Below, piece by piece: positions 56,308-64,000 of a stretch of 64,000 bases of DNA (position 1 is the first letter of the stretch; every line of letters begins with the position of its first letter). The notes under the pieces are model-generated. The model had not been told where the DNA came from and ran no database searches. It saw only the letters and a list, made by a program, of their open reading frames with translations. The translations under genes were made by a program, and so were the position numbers. Source of the stretch: Bacteroidales bacterium (lineage in GTDB: Bacteria > Bacteroidota > Bacteroidia > Bacteroidales > UBA10428); contig JBGSSA010000007.1 in NCBI GenBank assembly GCA_041737295.1, positions 17,653-81,652 on the forward strand. Direction: 5' to 3'.

Positions 56308-58353
56308 ATGGCAAAAACATGGATATTACTCATGGTCACGGCACTGCTGTTTGTACAGTGCCAACAGAATACTAAAAATGAAACTGTAAAAAAATCCGCG
56401 GTTATGGAAGGTACAATCACGCAAACCATTGATTCATTGATAACAAAGTACGGCAATAGTGAGCAGGACCGGATATCACGCGGAGTGAGATTAACTGCTT
56501 CCTTCTGGAGGGAAACGGACGGAACTGATGCGGATTTCATTTCATTCTGCGAAAGGAATTTCATTGCTGATCCTGCCACCCTGGATTCACTTTTTAACCG
56601 GATCTCAACGAATTTTGAAGTGATATTCGGATATTTCAATACGATTTCTGTTGACCTGCAAAGGCCGTTGCACCTGGATATTGGTGAAATAATCCCCGTT
56701 GACGAGAAATTTGGTGCTTACAGCCCATTCACACATTTTACTGAAGATTTTTTCAATAACAAGATCGCATTCATTATCAGTCTGAACTTCCCCAATTTTA
56801 CACTGGATCAGAAGAATCAGCTTGCTGCCAAATGGACGAGGAAGGAATGGGCAATTGCACGTCTCGGTGATGTTTTCAATTCCCGTATCCCGGCGGAAGT
56901 TAACCAGGTTGTGGCTAATGCCCTCACAGCATCGGATATGTATATTGCCGAATATAATATTTTCGCCGGCAGGCTTCTCGATAATAAGGGAAAAGCCTTA
57001 TTTCCGGAAGGAATGAAGTTATTGAGTCATTGGAATATCCGTGATGAGATCAAATCAAATTATGGCAAGGAAGGCGGACTTGAAAAGCAGCAGATGCTTT
57101 ACGAGGTGATGAAGCGGATCATTACACAGGAGATACCTGCCGATGTGATCAATTCGGAGAAATATACCTGGAATCCATATACCAATAAGGTATTTAATGA
57201 TAAACAGGAAGTGACCTTCGTTCCGGAGTCAGAAAAACGGTATGCCGTTCTTCTTGATTTTTTCCATGCACAGCAAAAGATTGATCCTTTTTACCCAGGG
57301 CTCGATACCTATATTAAACGGAATTTTGAAGATGATATGGAGATCCCGCTTGCGGAAACAGAAGAATTGTTTGGTCAGTATCTTTCCTCCCCGGAGGCAA
57401 AGAAAGTGGCCGATGTCATTAAAAAGCGCCTGGGTCGTGACCTGGAGCCATTTGATATATGGTACGACGGCTTTAAAACAAGAACTTCCATTCCTGCAGA
57501 GACACTGGATAAGGCAACACGTACAAAATATCCAAACCGGCAGGCAGTGCAGGATGATCTGCCGAAAATCCTTGTAAAGCTGGGCTTTGATCAAAGCGAG
57601 GCGCTGGAGATCACCTCCAGAATCCAGGTTGATCCGGCACGCGGTTCGGGCCATGCTTCCGGTTCCCTTACAAAAGAGCAGAAATCACTGCTGAGAACCC
57701 GGATATTCCCTGAAGGAATGGACTATAAAGGATATAATATAGCAGTTCATGAATTTGGTCACAATGTGGAACAAACAATCAGTCTGCACAATGTTGACTA
57801 TTATATGCTGAATGGGGTTCCGAACACTGCTTTTACGGAAGCTCTCGCCTTTATTTTCCAGAAGCGCGATCTTGAGTTGCTGGGCATGAAGGATAAATCT
57901 GCTGATCAGGAATACCTGAATTCCCTTGATAACTTTTGGTCGCTTTTTGAAATCATGGGAGTTTCCCTGGTTGACATTGGAACCTGGAAATGGTTGTATG
58001 CACACCCTGATGCGACTGCTGCTGAACTACGCGATGCGGTGAACAGTATTGCCATTGAAGTCTGGAACAAGTATTTCGCCCCTGTTTTCGGTATAAAGGA
58101 CCAGCGTATACTGGCCATATATTCCCATATGATCAATGCACCCTTGTACCTGCCAAATTATGCTTACGGGCATATTATCCAGTTTCAGATTGAAGAATAC
58201 CTTGAAGGAAAAGATTTTGCTCAGGAGGTAAGGAGGATCTACAGCATGGGTAAATTAACTCCGGATTACTGGATGAAGCAATCGGTGGGCGCGAGTATTT
58301 CAGTGCAGCCGATTTTTAATGCGGTGGGTGAGGCGTTGATGAAAATAAAATAA
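56308..58353 (+). CDS. Putative gluzincin metallopeptidase (HEXXH...E, M2/M3-like spacing), lipoprotein
   Basis: 681 aa. Lipobox LFVQC. HEFGH with a candidate third ligand Glu 30 residues after the first His (NTAFTEALAF). Confidence 0.55.
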   Translation: MAKTWILLMVTALLFVQCQQNTKNETVKKSAVMEGTITQTIDSLITKYGNSEQDRISRGVRLTASFWRETDGTDADFISFCERNFIADPATLDSLFNRISTNFEVIFGYFNTISVDLQRPLHLDIGEIIPVDEKFGAYSPFTHFTEDFFNNKIAFIISLNFPNFTLDQKNQLAAKWTRKEWAIARLGDVFNSRIPAEVNQVVANALTASDMYIAEYNIFAGRLLDNKGKALFPEGMKLLSHWNIRDEIKSNYGKEGGLEKQQMLYEVMKRIITQEIPADVINSEKYTWNPYTNKVFNDKQEVTFVPESEKRYAVLLDFFHAQQKIDPFYPGLDTYIKRNFEDDMEIPLAETEELFGQYLSSPEAKKVADVIKKRLGRDLEPFDIWYDGFKTRTSIPAETLDKATRTKYPNRQAVQDDLPKILVKLGFDQSEALEITSRIQVDPARGSGHASGSLTKEQKSLLRTRIFPEGMDYKGYNIAVHEFGHNVEQTISLHNVDYYMLNGVPNTAFTEALAFIFQKRDLELLGMKDKSADQEYLNSLDNFWSLFEIMGVSLVDIGTWKWLYAHPDATAAELRDAVNSIAIEVWNKYFAPVFGIKDQRILAIYSHMINAPLYLPNYAYGHIIQFQIEEYLEGKDFAQEVRRIYSMGKLTPDYWMKQSVGASISVQPIFNAVGEALMKIK

Positions 58354-58371
58354 GATCCGGCGATAACAATT

Positions 58372-58527
58372 TTTTTTCTCGCAAAGACGCAACGACGCAA
58401 GGTACTTTGCGGCCTTGCGGCTTTGCGAGAAAGTTTATCTGCGAGATCAGCGAAAATCTGCGAGAACATAAGCCAGGCATACACAAATTAAATCTGCGAG
58501 ATCAGCGAGATCAGCGAGAACAAAAGC
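58372..58527. repeat. Modular dispersed intergenic repeat, copy C (with 28-bp imperfect hairpin)
   Basis: Left arm 58375-58402 and right arm 58405-58432 are complementary at 24/28 positions (cgcaaag/ctttgcg modules). The 9-mer arrays atctgcgag/atcagcgag lie at 58433-58466 and 58490-58521. Confidence 0.85.
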
Positions 58528-58535
58528 CCGGTTGG

Positions 58536-61382
58536 CTAATCGCGGTGATACTCTCTTCCCTGCCGGGAGCCTGGGGGCATACTACCCGGCAACATACCCC
58601 CCGGAATCCCATCACGCCGAAATTGTTGATCTTTATCCTGTTGCGGAGCCGGCGGTTGACCATTCTTACTTTTGAGTGTATATTTCAGCAACACAAGGAA
58701 ATATCTCCGGAATGCATTTGTTCTTGTATCAGTTATTGAAGACGCCGTGACAGTTCGGGAAATATTGTTATTCTGATTGAGAATGTCATAAACACCTATC
58801 CTGATCTCCGCCGCCTGATTTTTTAGGAATTTTTTACCCAAACCGGCATTCCATACAAAATAATGCTGGTTGTAACTTCTTGACAAACCCTGGTTGTTCT
58901 GGTAAACAAAATCCGTATTCAGTGTAAATCCCTTCAGGAATATCCAGTTCAGGTTACCACTGGCGGACTGGTACCAGAATTTATCATCCGCAATTTCCAC
59001 GTTGGCGGAATTTTTAACCAGACTGTAATTTGAAGAATAGGAAAGTGTAAAATCTAGGCTGGTACTGATATTGCTTGTAAGTATAAGGCTGTTGGTAAGG
59101 TTATATGCATTTGACCGGTTTAGCATTGTATCAATAAAGCCGGGGGATTGGCTATAGCTTCCCCCTGCCACGAAATTAAAATTGGTTTTAAGTGGTTTGA
59201 TAAAATAGGCCAGGTTTAAAATTGCCCTGACATTCATAGACCTGTCCAGATTCAATGGGTATGTCAGCTGTCCTCCCGGAACCAGTGTCACATTAAATTC
59301 AGGCAGATAGAGATTACTGCCCCTGGCATAATATGTTTTTGTAGCAATTACATCAGAGGTCAGCCCTCCTGTCAGAAATAAAAAGGCATTGAATCCGGAT
59401 GTCGGATTGGCATAGGCAAAGTTGGTCATAACAGTATGCGAGAATTCCTGTCTCAGATCAGGATTACCACTGCTCAGTGCAAGACGGTTTGAATTGTCAA
59501 TGACATTTTGTAACTGATTTACCGATGGGGCACTGGTGGATGTGCGGTATGAAAAGCGCAGGTTGGTCAGATCAGAAAATTTGTATGTGACCATCATAGA
59601 GGGCAAAAAACTTGCAAAGGTTTTGTTTATCGATACTTCCAGCGGAAAAACCTGTTTACCCGTGAGATCTGCCCTTTGGTAGTCGATACCCGCCGATAAC
59701 CGCAGCTTATTTTTTTTAAAAAGGTATGATAGGCCGCCCCTGTTGGTTATATAATCATTGTCATATACATTCGACAACGAATCCATTCTTCCCAGAGGCT
59801 CCAATTCATCCCCGAGCCGGTATGACTCCTTATCCGTGCTGTTCCTGCTTAAACTGATCCCATAGTTTGCCTGTACCAGTGAATATTTTCCAAGAGGTTC
59901 GGTATAATTCAGGTTTGTATTGAGCGAAAGACTATTGGTCTCCCCGTCAATGGCTTGATTGTCGGGAACCGAATCAGTGCTGGCAAGTTCAGTATTATCA
60001 GAAGTCCTGTTGTTTTTGCTTATGGATGATCTTACAGAGAATGTCCTGCCTTTTTTTAGAAATTTGTGTCGCCAGGTAATATCATTTCCAAAGGAGTATC
60101 CGCCTGCATTCGTTTTTGTAGTACTCAACGTGGTGGCATTAACCCCTCCGCCTGCTGTTATATATTGCATACTGTTCGTGTTGCTGTTTTCCTGGAGGCT
60201 TAACCGGGGTACAAGAATTATTGTATTCAGGGTATCTATATTGTATTCCATCCGCAGGTTGAACCGGTGATTGGAGTTATCTGAAAGGTTTGTGTTATTG
60301 CTCCTGGCATATTTTGCAGCCTCAGTAAAAAGATATTCAGTTGTCGTGTTCTGGGTCAGTATATTTCCGGTTGTATTAAAAAAATAACCGCCGGATACAG
60401 AAATTTTTTTCCCCCAATTATCAGTATAATTGAATCCTGCTGAACTGTTTTTTGACACCCCGGCGGAACCCTGGAAACCACCTCCCCCGGAACCTCCCCG
60501 TCCGCCCCGCATTCCTGTATTACCGACCAGGTCCTGCATGGCGAAATTCTGCATGTTCACGTTATTTGACATTCCGGTAAATGTAAATCGTTGCGGACCC
60601 TTGAAAATATTCAGGTTACCCGCAACGAGGTATTTGTCAGAAAAATCAGTGCCGCCGGAGAATTTGCCAAACTGGCTGACCCTGGCATCCCGACGGGTAA
60701 TAATGTTGATTGTTTTTGAAGCTGAACCATCATCAAATCCGGTCAATTCAGACTGATCACTGAGTTTGTTGTATACCTGAATTTTATCGATTACATCTGC
60801 CGGGAGATTCTTAAGGGCAACACTGGGATCATCACCAAAGAATGGTTTTCCGTCCACAAGTACTTTTTTAATCTCTTCTCCATGTGCTTTGACGGCTCCG
60901 TTTTCAACCGTTATTCCGGGCATTTTCTTAACCAGTTCTTCAGCATTGGCATCAGGATTTACCTTAAAGGCTTCAGCCTTCATGATGGTTGTATCGCCTT
61001 TCTGAACTGCCGTACCCTGGCCGACAACTACAACTTCATTAATTAATTTACTGTCGAGGGAGATTTCCAGGGTTCCCATATCGGTTGCCTTATCCCTGAC
61101 TGTAATCGTTTTTTCAATTTGGGCATAACTCAGGCTCCGGATTCTTACCCGGTAATCCTTCGATAGTAATCCATCGAGGCGGAACCGGCCATTTTCATCT
61201 GTTATGACGGAAAAGGTGGTTGTCGTATCCCCGGCGTCAAGGGCCCGTACAAAGGCCCCGATAACCGGACGGCGGTCGCTTTTATCGATTACTGTACCGG
61301 TCAGGATATATTTCTGTGCCGATACGGAAATGGAACCGCAAATGAGTAAGAGAATGGTAATATGATACGCAGGCCCTGGCAT
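58536..61382 (-). CDS. Outer-membrane beta-barrel family protein (CarboxypepD_reg N-terminus, TonB-receptor-like) with Gly/Pro-rich tail
   Basis: 948 aa. LTGTVIDKSDRRPVIGAFVRAL. Plug-like region. Gly-rich loop GMRGGRGGSGGGGF. Long barrel. C-terminal tail of about 45 aa rich in P, G and Q. Confidence 0.75.
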   Translation of the reverse strand: MPGPAYHITILLLICGSISVSAQKYILTGTVIDKSDRRPVIGAFVRALDAGDTTTTFSVITDENGRFRLDGLLSKDYRVRIRSLSYAQIEKTITVRDKATDMGTLEISLDSKLINEVVVVGQGTAVQKGDTTIMKAEAFKVNPDANAEELVKKMPGITVENGAVKAHGEEIKKVLVDGKPFFGDDPSVALKNLPADVIDKIQVYNKLSDQSELTGFDDGSASKTINIITRRDARVSQFGKFSGGTDFSDKYLVAGNLNIFKGPQRFTFTGMSNNVNMQNFAMQDLVGNTGMRGGRGGSGGGGFQGSAGVSKNSSAGFNYTDNWGKKISVSGGYFFNTTGNILTQNTTTEYLFTEAAKYARSNNTNLSDNSNHRFNLRMEYNIDTLNTIILVPRLSLQENSNTNSMQYITAGGGVNATTLSTTKTNAGGYSFGNDITWRHKFLKKGRTFSVRSSISKNNRTSDNTELASTDSVPDNQAIDGETNSLSLNTNLNYTEPLGKYSLVQANYGISLSRNSTDKESYRLGDELEPLGRMDSLSNVYDNDYITNRGGLSYLFKKNKLRLSAGIDYQRADLTGKQVFPLEVSINKTFASFLPSMMVTYKFSDLTNLRFSYRTSTSAPSVNQLQNVIDNSNRLALSSGNPDLRQEFSHTVMTNFAYANPTSGFNAFLFLTGGLTSDVIATKTYYARGSNLYLPEFNVTLVPGGQLTYPLNLDRSMNVRAILNLAYFIKPLKTNFNFVAGGSYSQSPGFIDTMLNRSNAYNLTNSLILTSNISTSLDFTLSYSSNYSLVKNSANVEIADDKFWYQSASGNLNWIFLKGFTLNTDFVYQNNQGLSRSYNQHYFVWNAGLGKKFLKNQAAEIRIGVYDILNQNNNISRTVTASSITDTRTNAFRRYFLVLLKYTLKSKNGQPPAPQQDKDQQFRRDGIPGGMLPGSMPPGSRQGREYHRD

Positions 61383-61478
61383 GATCCTAAAATTACATCG
61401 AACATCCGGGTTCAGGAAATGAAATATACCAAAGCATCCAAATTATAGATGTACGCCGCGGGAGAACCCGGTAATCCG

Positions 61479-63038
61479 TCAAAGTATGCCTAAATAGGTG
61501 GCACAGCTGACCGCCGCGTTTTCCCCGTCCACAGCTGAAGAGACGATTCCCCCGGAATAACCGGAGCCTTCACCTGCAGGAAACAGGTTACTGATCTGTA
61601 CATGGCTGTTGCTTTCCGGGTCCCGGGGTATCCGCACGGGTGATGAGGTACGGGATTCGACACCGACTATCACCGCTTCACGGGAAAGAAACCCTCTCAT
61701 TTTAGAGTCGAATTTTTTGAACCCTTCTTTCAGATTATCGCCAATAAAATCGGGGAGCCATTCATGCATGGGGGAAATGACAATCCCCGGCAGATAGGAA
61801 CATATTGGCAAATTCTGCGAGGGCCTGTTATTTATAAAATCAGTAAGTCGCTGGGCTGGGGCATGCTGTCCATTTGAGGCCATCCTGAAAGCTTTCTGTT
61901 CAAATAATTCCTGCATCCTCAGTCCGGCCATTCCCTCATGATTCTGGTGGGAGCGGTAATCTGAGGGCATTATCTGAACCACAATTCCGGAATTTGCAAA
62001 CGGTGAATTGCGTTGGGCCAGGGACATGCCATTCACTACAATCTCACCATCCGCTGTAGCGGCAGGCACAATTTGTCCGCCGGGGCACATGCAAAAGGAG
62101 TATACTCCCCGCCCGTTGATTTGTTCAACCAGGTTATAGGAGGCAGCAGGCAGGTATTTATCCATCCTGCAGTGATACTGGATGTTATCAATGATTTCCT
62201 GGGGGTGTTCCACCCGGATTCCCATGGCGAAGGGTTTTGCCTCAAGGGTTATTCCCTTGGCACTGAGGAGAAAATATATATCCCTTGCCGAATGCCCTGT
62301 TGCAAATATGAATGCCTTGCCGGATATTTTTTCTCCGGTTGATGTACTTACATGAGATATAAGATCATCAGTAACCGTCAGGTCAGTGACCCGTGTATTG
62401 AAACGGATAATACCTCCGCATTCCAGAATTTTTTTCCGTATCGCGGCCACAACACCCGGCAGTTTGTCAGAGCCAATATGCGGATGTGCCTCATAAAGAA
62501 TGCTTTCATCTGCGCCATGCAAATAAAGAATTTCAAGTATACGGCTGATGTCCCCGCGTTTTTTCGAACGGGTATATAATTTGCCGTCCGAAAAAGTACC
62601 TGCTCCACCCTCACCGAAGCAATAGTTTGAATCGCCATTCAGCACATGATTGCTTTCGAGCATGTCAATGTCCTGTTTACGTTCTCCTACAGGCTTTCCC
62701 CGTTCAAGGATCACAGGTTTCAGTCCCATTTCGATCAGCCTGAGCGATGCAAGCAATCCGGCAGGACCGGCACCCACAACCACCACTTCAGGTTTATTCT
62801 CTACATTCTGGTATTCAAAAGTGTTCTCCACAGGTGGTGTTGGTTCTTCACCCGCAAACACTTCGAAACTTATATTTACTTTTATGTTTCTGCCCCTGGC
62901 GTCAATTGATTTCCGGGTGACCCTGATGAGGGTGATATCCTGCACGGGAATACCGGTGGCTTTTACCACCTCCGGTGTATACATTGCAGCCGATGAGGCC
63001 TGCACAGGACTTAATATGAGGGAAACTTCCTTTTTCAA
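61479..63038 (-). CDS. FAD-dependent oxidoreductase (COG2509-type)
   Basis: 519 aa. Dinucleotide-binding VVVVGAGPAGLLASLRL. ...FCMCPGG... and C-terminal ...AGEGSGYSGGIVSSAVDG. Confidence 0.8.
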   Translation of the reverse strand: MKKEVSLILSPVQASSAAMYTPEVVKATGIPVQDITLIRVTRKSIDARGRNIKVNISFEVFAGEEPTPPVENTFEYQNVENKPEVVVVGAGPAGLLASLRLIEMGLKPVILERGKPVGERKQDIDMLESNHVLNGDSNYCFGEGGAGTFSDGKLYTRSKKRGDISRILEILYLHGADESILYEAHPHIGSDKLPGVVAAIRKKILECGGIIRFNTRVTDLTVTDDLISHVSTSTGEKISGKAFIFATGHSARDIYFLLSAKGITLEAKPFAMGIRVEHPQEIIDNIQYHCRMDKYLPAASYNLVEQINGRGVYSFCMCPGGQIVPAATADGEIVVNGMSLAQRNSPFANSGIVVQIMPSDYRSHQNHEGMAGLRMQELFEQKAFRMASNGQHAPAQRLTDFINNRPSQNLPICSYLPGIVISPMHEWLPDFIGDNLKEGFKKFDSKMRGFLSREAVIVGVESRTSSPVRIPRDPESNSHVQISNLFPAGEGSGYSGGIVSSAVDGENAAVSCATYLGIL

Positions 63039-63063
63039 CCGAATTCCGAATTACTGCACAAAG

Positions 63064-63816
63064 TTACTCAAAATGCAGGGTTACCATAAACATCCGGGAA
63101 TACATCTTGTCAATCGCATTTGTATATATCGCGTCATCCACCGAGGGCACGATGGTTTCACCATGTCGTGTAATACTGGTTCTCAGCATATTTGTCATAC
63201 CAACGGAATACGTGAATTCAATACCGAATTTGAAATACTGAAGGTAAAAATCCATGCCCGCCCCAATTTCCCAATAGAGGTCAAAAGGTTTTATGAGCAC
63301 CAGGTTATTTTCTTTTTTTGATCTGCCCCAGGTTTTTTTTGTTGCAGCCAGATCGAGACGGGGGTTAACGCCGCCAATCAAGAATGGCCGGAAATTATTT
63401 AATCGTACTGATTTATACTTGAACAGAAACGGAAACTCCAGAAAGTTGGATTCGATCCGTACAGGGATATCTTTCGGATCAATCGAAGTATTGCCGGGAT
63501 CAGAAAGTGTATAGTTTATTTCCCTGATTCCGCCAAATGCTATGCCGGGAGTAAATCGCAGGTCGAAATTCTTTGCAAGCCGGAGATTGGCAAGGGCATG
63601 GACATGAAAACCGGGTCTCAGCAGGGATACTTCGGTATAGATACCTGAATCAACCGCCATTTGTGAAGGCACTAACTTAAAGTCCATTGTATTGGCACCG
63701 AGTGAGAATCCAAAATGAAGCCATTTATCATCATGATAAGGGTCATTCTTGACTTTGTCTTTTTGTGCCGAAAGAAGGATCGGATAAAAAGCAAGAAGCA
63801 ACAGAAACTTTTTCAA
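63064..63816 (-). CDS. Small outer-membrane beta-barrel protein (PorT/porin-family-like)
   Basis: A probable TTG start at 63816 gives MKKFLLLLAFYPILLSAQ as signal peptide. The ORF-track start at 63891 adds an odd N-terminus. The family call is tentative. Confidence 0.45.
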   Translation of the reverse strand: MKKFLLLLAFYPILLSAQKDKVKNDPYHDDKWLHFGFSLGANTMDFKLVPSQMAVDSGIYTEVSLLRPGFHVHALANLRLAKNFDLRFTPGIAFGGIREINYTLSDPGNTSIDPKDIPVRIESNFLEFPFLFKYKSVRLNNFRPFLIGGVNPRLDLAATKKTWGRSKKENNLVLIKPFDLYWEIGAGMDFYLQYFKFGIEFTYSVGMTNMLRTSITRHGETIVPSVDDAIYTNAIDKMYSRMFMVTLHFE

Positions 63817-64000
63817 TATGCAGGATAATTGATCAAAGTTATTAACGGGAATGACACAAAAATAGTATTTTATAATAAATGCACAAGGCAAGTAAGGTTG
63901 GGCAGCATATAAAAATGTGTAATTTAGCGTCGTTTAACAGGATTAATTTTACTCATTATGTATACAGTAAAATACCTTTTTGATTTTACCCGGAATGTTT

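Noticed and set aside
58536-58700. The Pro/Gly/Gln-rich tail of the 948-aa outer-membrane protein as evidence of a frameshift or read-through into the repeat.
   Set aside because: The frame is continuous and the tail ends before repeat copy C. As I recall, low-complexity basic Gly-rich tails occur in this barrel family, so there is not enough evidence for a pseudogene.
58407-58739. A 110-aa plus-strand ORF.
   Set aside because: It starts inside repeat copy C and runs antisense to the tail of the 948-aa barrel gene.
63817-63891. The upstream ATG extension of the last minus-strand ORF (MPCAFIIKYYFCVIPVNNFDQLSCI).
   Set aside because: The extension precedes a textbook signal peptide (MKKFLLLLAF...SAQ) that would start at an in-frame TTG. 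The choice remains uncertain, hence the low confidence.

Overview
The window is a chromosomal segment from a Bacteroidota-type, probably anaerobic, genome. Supporting evidence: starts lack SD sequences, TTTG-N19/20-TAnnTTTG promoters are present, and T9SS C-terminal domains, DUF4249/TonB pairs and DUF3467 occur. The centre (about 30.8-46.2 kb, minus strand) is the conserved housekeeping block rpsU, xerC-like, hpf, tRNA-Thr/Tyr/Gly/Thr, tuf, tRNA-Trp, secE, nusG, rplK, rplA, rplJ, rplL, rpoB, rpoC, DUF3467. The left flank carries envelope and metabolic genes: an FtsX permease, an aldo/keto reductase, a TPR/beta-propeller OmpA protein, a T9SS-sorted M1 peptidase, a GH3/beta-lactamase-fold fusion, and an etfBA / membrane Fe-S / acyl-CoA dehydrogenase cluster. 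The right flank carries outer-membrane and TonB-type genes. I saw no CRISPR array, IS element or prophage. Three loci stand out. (1) A rex-divergent cassette at 17.0-21.1 kb encodes a thioredoxin-like [2Fe-2S] protein, a HydS-type sensory [FeFe]-hydrogenase-like PAS protein whose hydrogenase domain contains no cysteine at all (all H-cluster ligands lost), and a PP2C phosphatase. No catalytic hydrogenase, maturase or kinase partner lies in the window. (2) A 1003-aa ABCG-like protein has an intact Walker A but substitutions in every catalytic or communication motif. (3) The intergenic landscape is unusual, with dispersed modular repeats, an identical 43-bp repeat, and many 7-, 8- and 9-nt tandem micro-arrays abutting stop codons. 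All functional calls come from motif reading of the supplied translations; no database search was possible.
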